Virus record (IMG/VR): IMGVR_UViG_3300044712_001292
Span: 1-64,000 of that record
Strand: one strand, 5' to 3'
Length of the DNA stretch: 64,000 bases
From: a virus
Part shown: positions 42,733-53,113 of the stretch, one piece after another
Position numbering within the stretch: position 1 is the stretch's first letter
Layout of the letters: each line of letters opens with the position of its first letter
Translations under genes and position numbers: made by a program
The notes under the pieces: generated by a model
The model's input: the letters and a program-made list of their open reading frames with translations, nothing else
The model's database searches: none
Told to the model about the DNA's origin: nothing

Positions 42733-43509
42733 GTGTCTACGAAGCTCGAGAAGACTGCTCAGTTCCTGAAGAAAGTGGCCGCCGAGGGCGGCTCTATCTG
42801 GAACAAGAGCCTGTACGGTGGCCCAGAGGCCCCCTTCCAGCAGCCGAGTCACTACCCGGCTGAGGTCATACATCGCCTCCTTGCCGAGGCTGATAAGCTC
42901 CCTGAGGGCTCGGACGAGGCTGCCGCAGCTGCGAGTGCTCGGCAGGCGATCACTGAGGCCGGTGGTATGCACAAGCTCGATCAGGCCGGGATTGATCGCA
43001 TTGCGGTTCGCGCCGGTGCGAGCCCCGCCGACAAGAACACTCCGGGCTTCTGGAGCAACTATCGCGCAGCTATGGGCCGTGGCCACCTGGGAGCTACCGC
43101 TGCCACCGTCGGCATTGGCGCTGCAGCCGTTCTGGCCGGTGTGCTGACCTACAATGCGCTGAAGAAGAAGCGTACGCAGACAAAGACCGCCGGACTCTTC
43201 AGCTTCCGGCGGAGTAATTCGCCGAATGCCCAGGGCCCTGCTCCTACCCGCGCCGCAGAACGTACCCAGAAGGTCCGCGATCTCGTAGGCAAGAAGGTTC
43301 GTAATGCGGCGCTGCTGGCAGGTGGCGGTGGCGCCCTCGCCGGCACGGCCGCTGGCGCTGCCCTGGCCTCCCCCGGCGATACCGTCGCGGGCGGCCACGG
43401 TCTCCCCACCACAGGCAGCAACCTGGGGGACGCAGCTGTCCTCGCTGGCGGCCTGGGCCTCGGGGGAGCCGGCCTGTACGCGCTGTACCGCTCCCTGCGC
43501 GACGAGTAA
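42733..43509 (+). CDS. glycine-zipper membrane protein
   Basis: AAGGA RBS; GAAAVLAGVLTYNALKKKR paralogous to previous ORF. Confidence 0.7.
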   Translation: MSTKLEKTAQFLKKVAAEGGSIWNKSLYGGPEAPFQQPSHYPAEVIHRLLAEADKLPEGSDEAAAAASARQAITEAGGMHKLDQAGIDRIAVRAGASPADKNTPGFWSNYRAAMGRGHLGATAATVGIGAAAVLAGVLTYNALKKKRTQTKTAGLFSFRRSNSPNAQGPAPTRAAERTQKVRDLVGKKVRNAALLAGGGGALAGTAAGAALASPGDTVAGGHGLPTTGSNLGDAAVLAGGLGLGGAGLYALYRSLRDE

Positions 43510-43522
43510 GCCAGGGCGCCTC

Positions 43523-43554
43523 GAAAGACCCTCGCTATTGGCGAGGGTCTTTTC
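43523..43554 (+). terminator. intrinsic terminator
   Basis: AAAGACCCTCGC-TATTG-GCGAGGGTCTTT then T-rich tail. Confidence 0.85.
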
Positions 43555-43571
43555 GTTTATAGGATGTCACC

Positions 43572-45377
43572 ATGCGGATAGACACGCGTAAGTCGTTGAT
43601 GTTGTCAGACTCACAGCAGCTGACGCCGACGACGAACCTATTGAACCCGGCATGGCGTAAGTCATTTCAGGACGCGTTGCTCAAGCTCAGTGGAACAGTC
43701 GATATCGTCGCACCTCCCGCAGTCGACCCTGCAGTATCCGGTGAGGCAGCGGTCGACGCTGCCCGTCTGAACTATTCAAAACTGCCATCGAGCCCGACGG
43801 TACAGAACGCAGGTGAGGGCCGTGTCTATGCAGATAGGCTTGAGCGGTCCGCCCAGCGGATATCGCCACGCGTTTCTGCCGTTGACCGTCCGGGCGAAGT
43901 ACCCTACGGGCCAGGACAACGTAGGGGTGTCGATACGTTCGCAGCGTTCGATACCGCAGGAAACACCGTAGCAGCTACGCTAGGAAATAGGCACCCGTTG
44001 ATCGCAGGGGCGGCGAACATAGCGCTGCCATTTCTGACCCCGCTATGGTCGAAGTATGTACAGAACCCCGTCGCCGATCTGACGCCGTCAACTCTCACAG
44101 CGTCTCCGGAGCTCCAGGTTGGCGGCGTCCTCGCTCGCGAGGAGGCACGCCGACTGCAGACCCCAGTTGGCCAGTTCTCGAGTTCTCCGGAGCTGTCGGA
44201 CGCATACCGCGTTGGTAATCCGTATGCCGGCATGTTCGCGGGTGACACCATGTCACAGGCGGAACGGAACGCACGTCTTCTCCCAGGTGAAGGCATGTCG
44301 GCGTGGCTCGGACGTGCCAGCCCGCTGTACCCCGTTCTAGGTGCAGCTGTACCGGCCATTGCCGCTACAGGGCAGGATCTCTGGGAAGGTAAAGGCCTTC
44401 GCATTGCAGAAGACCCGGTTTTCTACACCTCATCCGCTCTGACACCGGCAGCAGCCTGGGCGGCGGCTCGCAGCATGTTGCCTCTCAGCGGGGCAGTCAG
44501 CAAGATTCCTTACGTCGGTACCACACTAGCTCGTATACCTGCTGTCGGTACCGCTATGGCTGCCGCAGGTGCTATGCAGTCGGTTGGTGAGATAGCGCGT
44601 GGTGCCCTCTCACCGGAACGCGTCGATGAGGCTCGGAGAGCATCTGGTACGGATACCGGCTGGGGCACAGCGACCGGCAGGGCTGTTGTAGGCGACCCAT
44701 TCGGGGCCGCTACCGCGCTCGATCCTGAGGCTGTTGAGGCTAACAAGCGTGAGTTCCTGCGTGGTCGGCGCGATATCGTGGAAGATGCGTCCGGCACGCG
44801 TATTCCCTTTGACCGGGACATGGTCATACAGCGTCTCTCACGTTCTGCCGAATCCGCCCCGAGTGTCCCAAACTCCATCCTCTCTGAGCTTGTGGCAAAG
44901 GGTCTGTGGACTGATGGCGGTCTGAAGCACATGGCCAAAGAGCGGTACACGCGCGAGACACCAGCCGAGCGCGGAGCGTATCGTATGGCGCAGCGGTTTG
45001 CCGATCAGAAGGGCTTCACCCCAGAGGACCCGCGTCGGATAGAGTTGTTCCATCAGCAACTGAAGAAGATGGGCATCACCCCGTCGGCGGCAGGCGATAA
45101 GCGGCAATGGATCGGTGCGGCTAAGACGATCGCCTCTGCACTAGAGAACCGGTTCCCCGGCGTCCGCATTTCAAAGACAGGTATTGTCGAGCTTGCTAAC
45201 CTCGTTCGTACCAACGGGGTAGAGGCTACGGCTGCTTCGTTTATGCCAACTGGAAGGCCCGACGATGCGCTTGAGTCGCTGCGCCTTCAGGCTATCCTCA
45301 ATTCCGCATGGGCCGACCCGTCAACGAAGGCCCAAGCAGGCGCCATCTACCAACAGCATTTCCAGAATCCTCGCTAG
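43572..45377 (+). CDS. hypothetical Ala-rich protein (putative virion/ejection protein)
   Basis: 601 aa ORF in head cluster. Confidence 0.65.
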   Translation: MRIDTRKSLMLSDSQQLTPTTNLLNPAWRKSFQDALLKLSGTVDIVAPPAVDPAVSGEAAVDAARLNYSKLPSSPTVQNAGEGRVYADRLERSAQRISPRVSAVDRPGEVPYGPGQRRGVDTFAAFDTAGNTVAATLGNRHPLIAGAANIALPFLTPLWSKYVQNPVADLTPSTLTASPELQVGGVLAREEARRLQTPVGQFSSSPELSDAYRVGNPYAGMFAGDTMSQAERNARLLPGEGMSAWLGRASPLYPVLGAAVPAIAATGQDLWEGKGLRIAEDPVFYTSSALTPAAAWAAARSMLPLSGAVSKIPYVGTTLARIPAVGTAMAAAGAMQSVGEIARGALSPERVDEARRASGTDTGWGTATGRAVVGDPFGAATALDPEAVEANKREFLRGRRDIVEDASGTRIPFDRDMVIQRLSRSAESAPSVPNSILSELVAKGLWTDGGLKHMAKERYTRETPAERGAYRMAQRFADQKGFTPEDPRRIELFHQQLKKMGITPSAAGDKRQWIGAAKTIASALENRFPGVRISKTGIVELANLVRTNGVEATAASFMPTGRPDDALESLRLQAILNSAWADPSTKAQAGAIYQQHFQNPR

Positions 45378-45383
45378 GCACCC

Positions 45384-46586
45384 ATGTCTGACACCTATCA
45401 AGCTCTCTGGACTATGTGCCCGACGATCGTCGCGGCTGTACTGAAGACGGCTTCCGCTGACGGGGTTGTTACCGCAGCCGATCTTGACACACCTGCTGCC
45501 GGATCACCCCCTCCCGCAGCCGTGACACCGCCGGCCCCCGCGCCGAAGCCCGTGACCCCTGCTCCTACGACCGGCCAGCTGGCCGAGTCGACCGATAACG
45601 TCATTGCACCGTTCCATAGCACGTTAACTGAGATCGCCACAGGCAAGAAGTCCCTGATCACTCCGCTGAATTGGGGAAATCTCCAGCCCGAGCAGCTGGC
45701 GGTCGATAAGCTTCTGCGTACGGATGTCGATAAGCTGACGCCGCAAGAGCTGGCGCAGCAGACACGCACGTACCTCGCTCTTCAGAACAGCGGTTTTGAC
45801 AAGGCCATGGGCAACAAGCGCCTGTTTGCCAACCCATTCGCTACCGATCCAGCCGATCAGAAGAGCAGGCTGACGTTCGGCAACCTCTCGTCGCTGTACA
45901 GTAAGCGCTATGAGCAGCTTAGCCCGGAGGAGGCCAAGGCGTACAGCGATAGCCTCGGAGACGAGGCAGAGAAGATGGGTTTGGCGCTCAAGGCCCCTGG
46001 GTTGATCAAGGAGAAGGTGGGAACCAAACTCGACGAACTGCATAAGGCTATTGCTGAGGTAGACAAGAACCCGGACGCCACGGGCTTCACTGACTGGTTC
46101 ACGTCGTCGTGGGCGAATATGGCGGTGCCTGCCGGATTCCTGATGATGATTTTCGGCGGAAACACCGGGGCTATCATCGGTGGCCTGGCTATGGCTGCCG
46201 GCGGATACAACCTCTACAACAGGTACAGCACGTTGATGAAGGATCCTGTTGCGCAGGATGCTATCCACGAGTATGTCGCGAGTAATTTCAGCAAGGAGGC
46301 GCTGAAGAAGGTCGAGGAACAGTACGGCCCGCAGTATGCGCAGGCCGCGAATGATTTCGGCTTCCTCTCCCGGTACGGCTTTTTGTCGTCGGTACAGTCC
46401 GCCTACCAGAATGCCGGTGCCGGGGCTTACAAGTGGCTCGTACCCGGCGCTGATGAGAAGAACGTGAATGCGTTCCGCGCTCAGCTTGCTCCGAAGCCGA
46501 ACGGCCCGAACACCTGGATAAATGACTGGTCCGGGAAGGCCTGGGACACGGTATCCGCACCCTTCCGGCAGACAGGGCAGCAGTAA
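45384..46586 (+). CDS. hypothetical protein with TM hairpin
   Basis: MAVPAGFLMMIFGG...IIGGLAMAAGGYNLY. Confidence 0.7.
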   Translation: MSDTYQALWTMCPTIVAAVLKTASADGVVTAADLDTPAAGSPPPAAVTPPAPAPKPVTPAPTTGQLAESTDNVIAPFHSTLTEIATGKKSLITPLNWGNLQPEQLAVDKLLRTDVDKLTPQELAQQTRTYLALQNSGFDKAMGNKRLFANPFATDPADQKSRLTFGNLSSLYSKRYEQLSPEEAKAYSDSLGDEAEKMGLALKAPGLIKEKVGTKLDELHKAIAEVDKNPDATGFTDWFTSSWANMAVPAGFLMMIFGGNTGAIIGGLAMAAGGYNLYNRYSTLMKDPVAQDAIHEYVASNFSKEALKKVEEQYGPQYAQAANDFGFLSRYGFLSSVQSAYQNAGAGAYKWLVPGADEKNVNAFRAQLAPKPNGPNTWINDWSGKAWDTVSAPFRQTGQQ

Positions 46587-46589
46587 GCC

Positions 46590-47210
46590 ATGGACCTCGG
46601 TGACGCCGCTGACTACGCTGCCGTGCTGACCGCACAAGATCGCGTGGCCTCCGACCCCAGCCGGTCGTGGCTGCAGAAGGTCCGCGACTACATCCCAACG
46701 ACCGGACTGCGTCCGGCATCGCAGCGTTCGTCTGGTACGTTCGGAGACATCCTGCGCGTAGCCATCGGAGGGGCGCTCGGGTACGGCGTTGCCCGAGGGG
46801 CCGCCTCCGTCCTAGGCCTATCCGATAGCTCAACGAACGCTCTTTCTCTCGCAGGCGCATCCGCCGGAGGTCTTATGGGTCTTACCAAGTCTGGTTCAGA
46901 TGAGCGCATCGCCTTCCGGGTGGCGTTTATCAAGTCTGCGATCGACAAGGGGTACTTCACGAAGAAGGCGTTCATCGCACCGCTTATCCTTGCCCCTATT
47001 AGCGGGTTGACGGGTACGATGAACCGCATCGGCGAGTCCGCGGGCTCAGTCGTCGGTTCGGCGGACGCGCCTGATGACGTCGACAAGGACATTGTCCAGA
47101 CGCAGGTCGAATCGGAGCTTCTGCGCCAAGAGGAAGCGCGCGTCGAGGCACAGCGGCAGAACCAGATCCTGAAACAGGTACTTGCTAAACGTCGACTGAA
47201 GCGTAAGTAA
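46590..47210 (+). CDS. glycine-zipper membrane protein
   Basis: IGGALGYGVA, LAGASAGGLMG; AFRVAFIKSAIDKG. Confidence 0.7.
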   Translation: MDLGDAADYAAVLTAQDRVASDPSRSWLQKVRDYIPTTGLRPASQRSSGTFGDILRVAIGGALGYGVARGAASVLGLSDSSTNALSLAGASAGGLMGLTKSGSDERIAFRVAFIKSAIDKGYFTKKAFIAPLILAPISGLTGTMNRIGESAGSVVGSADAPDDVDKDIVQTQVESELLRQEEARVEAQRQNQILKQVLAKRRLKRK

Positions 47211-47216
47211 GTTCGC

Positions 47217-47561
47217 ATGACGAACCCGCCGAACGTGACCCCTCGCACACTCGACGTGCCCCGCGGGGTGCCGGTGGCACGTTATAAGCCGCCTGCCAAG
47301 GTCGAGATCGGGCCTGGGGCTGAAATACCGCTGATTCCGAAAGACGGTCCAGACGAGCGTAAGCTTCAGGAAGTCTGGGTAGCTCACGCTCGTGTGTTTC
47401 GTCTGAACAACGCGGAGGACCTTCGGGCGTACGAAGAGGTCTGGCAAAAGGTAACTGACGGCCTGGCAGTCATGTCGGAGTCGCGCGTCGACTTTACAGA
47501 TGGCCAGTACGTAGCTCTATTGCGCTGGGCCGACTTCGTTTATAAGCTTCCTAACGTATGA
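47217..47561 (+). CDS. hypothetical protein
   Basis: 114 aa; ATGA overlap with next ORF. Confidence 0.7.
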   Translation: MTNPPNVTPRTLDVPRGVPVARYKPPAKVEIGPGAEIPLIPKDGPDERKLQEVWVAHARVFRLNNAEDLRAYEEVWQKVTDGLAVMSESRVDFTDGQYVALLRWADFVYKLPNV

Positions 47562-48310
47562 CGCAGTACAAGTCGTTCTGGGAAGCCGCCCCCTTCGTTG
47601 GCGGCGGTGCGCTCTTACTCGGCGGTGGTGCCCGCGTAGGCAAGGGCCTGCTCGATCTGTTGCGTCGTCCGGACCCTGAGGGTGCTCCGGAGAAGATCGA
47701 GAAACAGGAGAACCCAGTTGTCGAGATTCCCGTCCCCGTGACAGCCGAAGAAGCGGCTGAGCTGCGTCGTAAGGGTGTGCGGGTCAAGAAGGCTGGTTTC
47801 CTGGATCGGTTCGATGTCGATGCTGGCGACGCCTTCCTACTGGGCGGTCTGGGCACCGCTGCCGCTATGGGTGGATGGGCGCTTACCGATAAACTGGTGG
47901 ATACGTATCGCAAGAATCGTGCGCTGCAGAAGCGTGAGAAGGTGCGCCGACGCATTCAGAGCATGCTCGACGACAAGCCGGCCCCGGAAGACGTGCCTCT
48001 CTACACGCACATGAAGGCGGCCGAGGCGCTGTACTTCATGGAGAAGCGCGGAGCACTCTCGGATCTGTTCAGCGTGCAGCGGTCGGTCATCAATCCGATC
48101 GCGGCTCTGCTGGGCGGTGCCGCCCTCCTCTCCGGCGTCCGTGCGTATCGTAGCACAGCCGCTGCTGGCGAGACAGACAAGGTCAAGGCTCTGAAGGCCT
48201 ACCTGAAGCGCCAGAAGACGCAGCAGCCCATCGTATCGACCGTCCCTGTCGAAGTGTCGGATACGGCAAGTCCCACGCAGCAGTCTACCGCTAACGCTTT
48301 AACATCGTAA
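47558..48310 (+). CDS. glycine-zipper membrane protein
   Basis: three Gly-rich hydrophobic segments separated by K-x-[AG] motifs. Confidence 0.7.
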   Translation: MTQYKSFWEAAPFVGGGALLLGGGARVGKGLLDLLRRPDPEGAPEKIEKQENPVVEIPVPVTAEEAAELRRKGVRVKKAGFLDRFDVDAGDAFLLGGLGTAAAMGGWALTDKLVDTYRKNRALQKREKVRRRIQSMLDDKPAPEDVPLYTHMKAAEALYFMEKRGALSDLFSVQRSVINPIAALLGGAALLSGVRAYRSTAAAGETDKVKALKAYLKRQKTQQPIVSTVPVEVSDTASPTQQSTANALTS

Positions 48311-48319
48311 GAGGGGTGC

Positions 48320-51300
48320 ATGGACGCACCAGTTACGTACCGCCGCTTCGATGATATCGACGGGCAGCGCCAGGACATCTTCGACCTCGCGAAGCAGTCC
48401 ATCGGGTCTATGAAGCCGTTCTCGACGCCGTCACACAGCGTCGAGATAGCTGACGTCGACTACGATGACGACTACAATCCGTCGATCGCTGAGGAGAAGG
48501 ACGCCATCCTCAAGAGGAAGTCGTTGCAGCGTGCGCTGAAGGGTACGGTACGGCTGAAAGACGCTCAGGGTAATGTCGTCGAAGAGCAGCGGATGACGCT
48601 GGCCCACGTCCCCTATCTCAACTCACGCGGGCTCTTCATCCGAAACGGCGTGCCCTACGCGGTCCGTAACCAGCTGCGGCTGCGTCCGGGAGTTTATACA
48701 CGCAAGCAGCGGAGCGGCGGCTACGAGAGCCAGTTCAACGTCCGCCCGGGGACCGGGCGCGGATTCCGTGTAGAGATGGACCCTGAAAGCGGTCTCTTCA
48801 AGATGCGCGTCGACCAGTCGACGACCAAGCTCTATCCTGTCCTCAGGGCGATGGGAGTGTCTGACGACGACATGCGTCAGGCGTGGGGCGACGATCTGTT
48901 TGAGAAGAACGCCGCAACCAGCAAGGGTCGAGACGAGCTAGACCTCTCCAAGCTGGTCCGCAAGCTCAGCGGCAAAGACGAGGATGTCGATCCCGAGACA
49001 GCAGCGGAAGCCCTTCGTAACATCCTGCAGAAGAGTGAAGTGGATGAGGATACGACGGAGCTGACGCTCGGTGAGCGCGTTGCCCGTATCGAACCGAGGC
49101 ACATCCTGGCTGCAACGCGGAAGCAGCTCGCTGTCGCACGCGGAGAGGCGGAGTCCGACAACCGTGACTCACAGGCGTATCAGTCGTTTCATGCCGCCCA
49201 GGACCTGCTGGCAGAACGTATGCGGCGTGACGCTACGGGGGCCGCTCGCAACTCGTTCTGGAAGGCTGCGCGGTTACAGTCGCTGAAGAACCTGCAGCCG
49301 GGGTTCATGAACCCGAACATCGGGTCGTTGTTCGAGGGTAGCGGGCTTGCCCTGACCGTTGAAGACATCAATCCGATCGACGTGTACGACACGCGCCAGG
49401 CAGTTACCCGTCTCGGGGAAGGCGGCATGTCGCGTGATGCGGTCAGTCGTGACGCTCGCAACGTCCAGAGCAGCTACATCGGCGTTATCGACGCTTCGCG
49501 CGCACCCGAGTCGGACGCGATCGGCGTAGACCTGCGCGTAACTGACGCCGCGATGCGCGGAAGTGACGGCCAGCTGTATACAACCGTGCGTAACCTGAAG
49601 ACCGGCCAGCTCGAGACGCTGTCCGCGCGAACACTCTCGACAAAGTCCGTTACGTTTCCGGGAGAGATGGGGAACGAGGGAAAGCGCGTGCCTGCCATAC
49701 GGGGTGATCGCATCACCTACGTTCCTAAGAGCGAAGTCGACTACGAGGTCGTGAGCCCGGATGACATGGCGTCGCGCGCATCACGCCTGATTCCTTTCCC
49801 GGAAGGCATCAAGGGACAGCGTCTGCTCATGGGCGCTCGTATGACATCTCAGGCGGTTCCGCTTCAAGAGCCTGAGGCCCCATTCGTTCAGACGGGTAAC
49901 GCGGACGGGTCGTCTCTGCACGCTGCAATGGGCAGGGACGTCGGTGCCCGCATGTCTCCAGCCGACGGCATCGTGACCAAGGTAACACCAGACGTCATTG
50001 AGATGACGGGTAACGACGGACAGAAGCATCAGATTCAGCTCTATAACAACTACCCCACGGCCCGGAAGACCGTGCTGCACAACGACCCCGTCGTGCAGCC
50101 TGGCACGGTTGTGAAGGCCGGTCAGATGCTGGCCAGGTCCAATTTTACCGACGATAAGGGAACCTTCGCTATCGGGCGTAACCTGCGCGTTGGATACATG
50201 GTTGCCGAGGGCGATAGCATCGAAGACGCCTTCGTCATCTCCGAAAGCGCAGCCAAGAAGCTGGGCGCTCAGGCGATGTACAAGGCGGATCTCGACCTCG
50301 GTCAGATCGCCTCGACAGACAAGTCCTCCTATAACGCGGTGTACGCCGGCAAGTACAGCCCCCAGCAGCTGGATCAGATCGATGACGACGGCGTCATCAA
50401 AGTGGGTGCTACCGTTCAAAAGGGCGACCCGCTGATACTCGCCATCGGCAACAAGCCGCAGTCCCTGGTCGGGGCAGTGACGAAGTCAGCCAAGTCTCAG
50501 GTGTCTGACCAGTCGCAGGTGTGGGAACACGCCGCTCCGGGAATCGTTACCGATATCAGCCGGACGAAGGACGGCATACGTGTGCTGGTCCGTTCGTACG
50601 ATGTCACGCAGGTTGGCGACAAGCTCTCCGGTCGTTACGGCAATAAGGGCGTGGTCAGCGCTCAGATTCGGCCAGACGACCAGATGCCGATCGCTGCCGA
50701 CGGGAAGCCGCTGGAAGCCATCATCAACGCCAATGGCATCATCAGTCGCGTCAATCCGGCAGCCCTAGCAGAGTCGCTGTTGGGTAAGATCGTGGAACGC
50801 ACCGGGCGTGATCCGTACATTGTCAAACCGTTCAGCACCCCGGAAGGCATCGCTGATTTTGCGCTGAACGAGGCGGCCAAGCACGGGATCAGCGAGACGG
50901 AGACCGTCGTAGACCCGCGCGACGGCCGTAAGATCCCCAATGTCTTCGTCGGCAACTCCTACATCATGCGCCTTCATCATAAGGCCGAAGGCAAGATCAG
51001 CGGTAGAGATCAGGGCACCTACACGGTCGACGAATACCCAGCCCGTGGCGGCGCTGAAGGCTGCTTCATCGCCGAGCAGCCTGTTCTTACGCGGTTTGGC
51101 AGCATGCCCATCGGAGATATCGTTCATCTGAAGGCGGAGGTCCATGTATTGACGTGGTCTGACGTCGCCGGTAGCTGGGTCTATCGCCCCGTGACGGACT
51201 GGTTCGAGTACACAGCACGGGCGTCCGACCTGCGAGTTGTCGAGCTAGAGCCTTCGACCGGCATTACGCACAACGTATTCACGGCGACACTAAATCACAA

Positions 51301-53113
51301 TGTCGTCATGTACGATGGTGGAATGAAGACGGTAGCGGAGCTGCATCCCGGAGACCGGCTGACGGCCATGAGCCAGGACGGTGCACGCGTTCCGGTTCGT
51401 ATCGCCGATATTACACCCTATCAGGCGGACGAGGAGTTCATTGCTGTCTACGACATCACCGTCGACGACACGCATCTGTACTGCGCGGGCGCAGCCCTGG
51501 TGTCCAACTCCAAGCGTATCAGCCTGCTTGATACCGGAACACTTCTCGCAGCGGGAGCCACGAACTTTCTAAAAGATGCGAAGCTGGTTCGCGGTCAACG
51601 CAATGACGACTACTGGCGACAGGTGCGGCACGGCGAGACGCCCATGCTGCCTACCGGTGCGTTCGCAGATGAACAGTTCAAGTCGCTTCTGAAGGCTGCA
51701 GGGGTCAACGTCCGTGAGGCGGGAACGAAGGAGCAGCTCAGCCCGCTGCTCGATACCGATGTCGACCGCATGGCGTCACATGAGATTCAGAACGCGGAAA
51801 CGTTCGATTTCGAGACGATGCGTCCGGTCGAGGGCGGCCTCTTCGATACAGGCATCACAGGCGGTGCCGGTGGCAACAAGTTCGCCAAGATCACGCTGCC
51901 GGTGAAGGTCCCGCACCCACTCTTCCTCGATCCGATCCGCCGTATCCTGGGCCTTACTGGCAAGGAGCTTGATGCGGTTCTGATGGGAAAGGAGCAGCTG
52001 AACGGGGAGACAGGACCGGGAGCGGTTGAGAAGGCACTCGGGGAGATCGACGTCCCCCGCGAGATGGAGCTTGCCAAGCAGACCATTCGGACGGGGTCCG
52101 CCACCAAGCGTGATGCGGCCGTCAAGCGCCTGCATTATCTTGCTGGGCTTCAGAAGATGCATGTGAGCCCGCAGGATCTCATGGTCAGCAAGATAGCGGT
52201 CGTCCCTCCGCGGTACCGGCCTATCGTCCGTGGTCGTAACACGGACATGATCCATGATCTGAACTACCTCTACAAGGACCTGCTCGAGGCCCGCAAGAAC
52301 TACCAGGATGCGAAGGGTGTATTCGGTGAGGCCCATGACGAGTATGGCACTCTGATGAAGGCTGTGCAGGCGGTCACAGGCATCGAGGGTCCTGTAAACC
52401 CCAAGACGGCTGAACAGGGCGTCAAGGGTGTTCTACAGTACGCGATAGGCCTCGGCACGAGCCCGAAGGCAGGCGGTTACCAGCGCAAGGTCATCGGTAC
52501 TGCGGTGGATACAGTCGGGCGTAGCGTCATCACCGCCGACCGCTCGCTCGGGCTGGACGACGTCGGCATCCCCGAAACGATGGCGTGGAAGATGTTCCGG
52601 CCGTACGTCATTCGGAGACTGGTCACGCAGGGCATGCCGCCTGCAGAGGCGCTGCAGGCTGTAGAGGACCGTACCCCTGCAGCGGCAGCCATGCTCGATG
52701 AGGAGATGAAGGTTCGCCCTGTCGTCTACAATCGGGCACCGGCCCTCCACCGCTACGCGTATCAGGGGGCGTGGGCTCGACGGGTGCCTGACGACTCCAT
52801 CCACGTGCCATACTACACGCTGAAGGCGATTGGTGGGGACTTCGACGGCGACGCTATAAACATCCACGTGCCATCCAGTTACGAGGCTATTGAAGACGTC
52901 AAGGAGAAGCTCATGCCGTCGAAGAACCTGTTCTTTACAGGTAACTTCGAGACGCATTACGAGCCGACGCAGGATTATACGCTCGGGCTGCACCTGGCTG
53001 GTAAGATGGACCCGAGCCAGAAGCCCGTTACCTTTGCTAACGCGCAGGAGGCTAAGGCCGCCTACGCTCGCGGGCTGATCAACGCACGCACCCCGATCAG
53101 GATCCTGTCATGA
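48320..53113 (+). CDS. rpoBC: multisubunit DNA-dependent RNA polymerase: beta fused to beta-prime N-half, intein-containing
   Basis: beta: MGARMTSQAVPL, IEDAFVISES, GDKLSGRYGNKGVV, LHHKAEGKISGR; beta-prime: VVPPRYRP, DLNYLY, GRSVI, NRAPALHR, catalytic DFDGD. Confidence 0.93.
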   Translation: MDAPVTYRRFDDIDGQRQDIFDLAKQSIGSMKPFSTPSHSVEIADVDYDDDYNPSIAEEKDAILKRKSLQRALKGTVRLKDAQGNVVEEQRMTLAHVPYLNSRGLFIRNGVPYAVRNQLRLRPGVYTRKQRSGGYESQFNVRPGTGRGFRVEMDPESGLFKMRVDQSTTKLYPVLRAMGVSDDDMRQAWGDDLFEKNAATSKGRDELDLSKLVRKLSGKDEDVDPETAAEALRNILQKSEVDEDTTELTLGERVARIEPRHILAATRKQLAVARGEAESDNRDSQAYQSFHAAQDLLAERMRRDATGAARNSFWKAARLQSLKNLQPGFMNPNIGSLFEGSGLALTVEDINPIDVYDTRQAVTRLGEGGMSRDAVSRDARNVQSSYIGVIDASRAPESDAIGVDLRVTDAAMRGSDGQLYTTVRNLKTGQLETLSARTLSTKSVTFPGEMGNEGKRVPAIRGDRITYVPKSEVDYEVVSPDDMASRASRLIPFPEGIKGQRLLMGARMTSQAVPLQEPEAPFVQTGNADGSSLHAAMGRDVGARMSPADGIVTKVTPDVIEMTGNDGQKHQIQLYNNYPTARKTVLHNDPVVQPGTVVKAGQMLARSNFTDDKGTFAIGRNLRVGYMVAEGDSIEDAFVISESAAKKLGAQAMYKADLDLGQIASTDKSSYNAVYAGKYSPQQLDQIDDDGVIKVGATVQKGDPLILAIGNKPQSLVGAVTKSAKSQVSDQSQVWEHAAPGIVTDISRTKDGIRVLVRSYDVTQVGDKLSGRYGNKGVVSAQIRPDDQMPIAADGKPLEAIINANGIISRVNPAALAESLLGKIVERTGRDPYIVKPFSTPEGIADFALNEAAKHGISETETVVDPRDGRKIPNVFVGNSYIMRLHHKAEGKISGRDQGTYTVDEYPARGGAEGCFIAEQPVLTRFGSMPIGDIVHLKAEVHVLTWSDVAGSWVYRPVTDWFEYTARASDLRVVELEPSTGITHNVFTATLNHNVVMYDGGMKTVAELHPGDRLTAMSQDGARVPVRIADITPYQADEEFIAVYDITVDDTHLYCAGAALVSNSKRISLLDTGTLLAAGATNFLKDAKLVRGQRNDDYWRQVRHGETPMLPTGAFADEQFKSLLKAAGVNVREAGTKEQLSPLLDTDVDRMASHEIQNAETFDFETMRPVEGGLFDTGITGGAGGNKFAKITLPVKVPHPLFLDPIRRILGLTGKELDAVLMGKEQLNGETGPGAVEKALGEIDVPREMELAKQTIRTGSATKRDAAVKRLHYLAGLQKMHVSPQDLMVSKIAVVPPRYRPIVRGRNTDMIHDLNYLYKDLLEARKNYQDAKGVFGEAHDEYGTLMKAVQAVTGIEGPVNPKTAEQGVKGVLQYAIGLGTSPKAGGYQRKVIGTAVDTVGRSVITADRSLGLDDVGIPETMAWKMFRPYVIRRLVTQGMPPAEALQAVEDRTPAAAAMLDEEMKVRPVVYNRAPALHRYAYQGAWARRVPDDSIHVPYYTLKAIGGDFDGDAINIHVPSSYEAIEDVKEKLMPSKNLFFTGNFETHYEPTQDYTLGLHLAGKMDPSQKPVTFANAQEAKAAYARGLINARTPIRILS
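51062..51508 (+). mobile_element. mini-intein (149 aa, no homing endonuclease)
   Basis: block A CFIAEQPVLT, block B TATLNH, block F/G VYDITVDDTHLY...LVSN followed by Ser. Confidence 0.9.
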
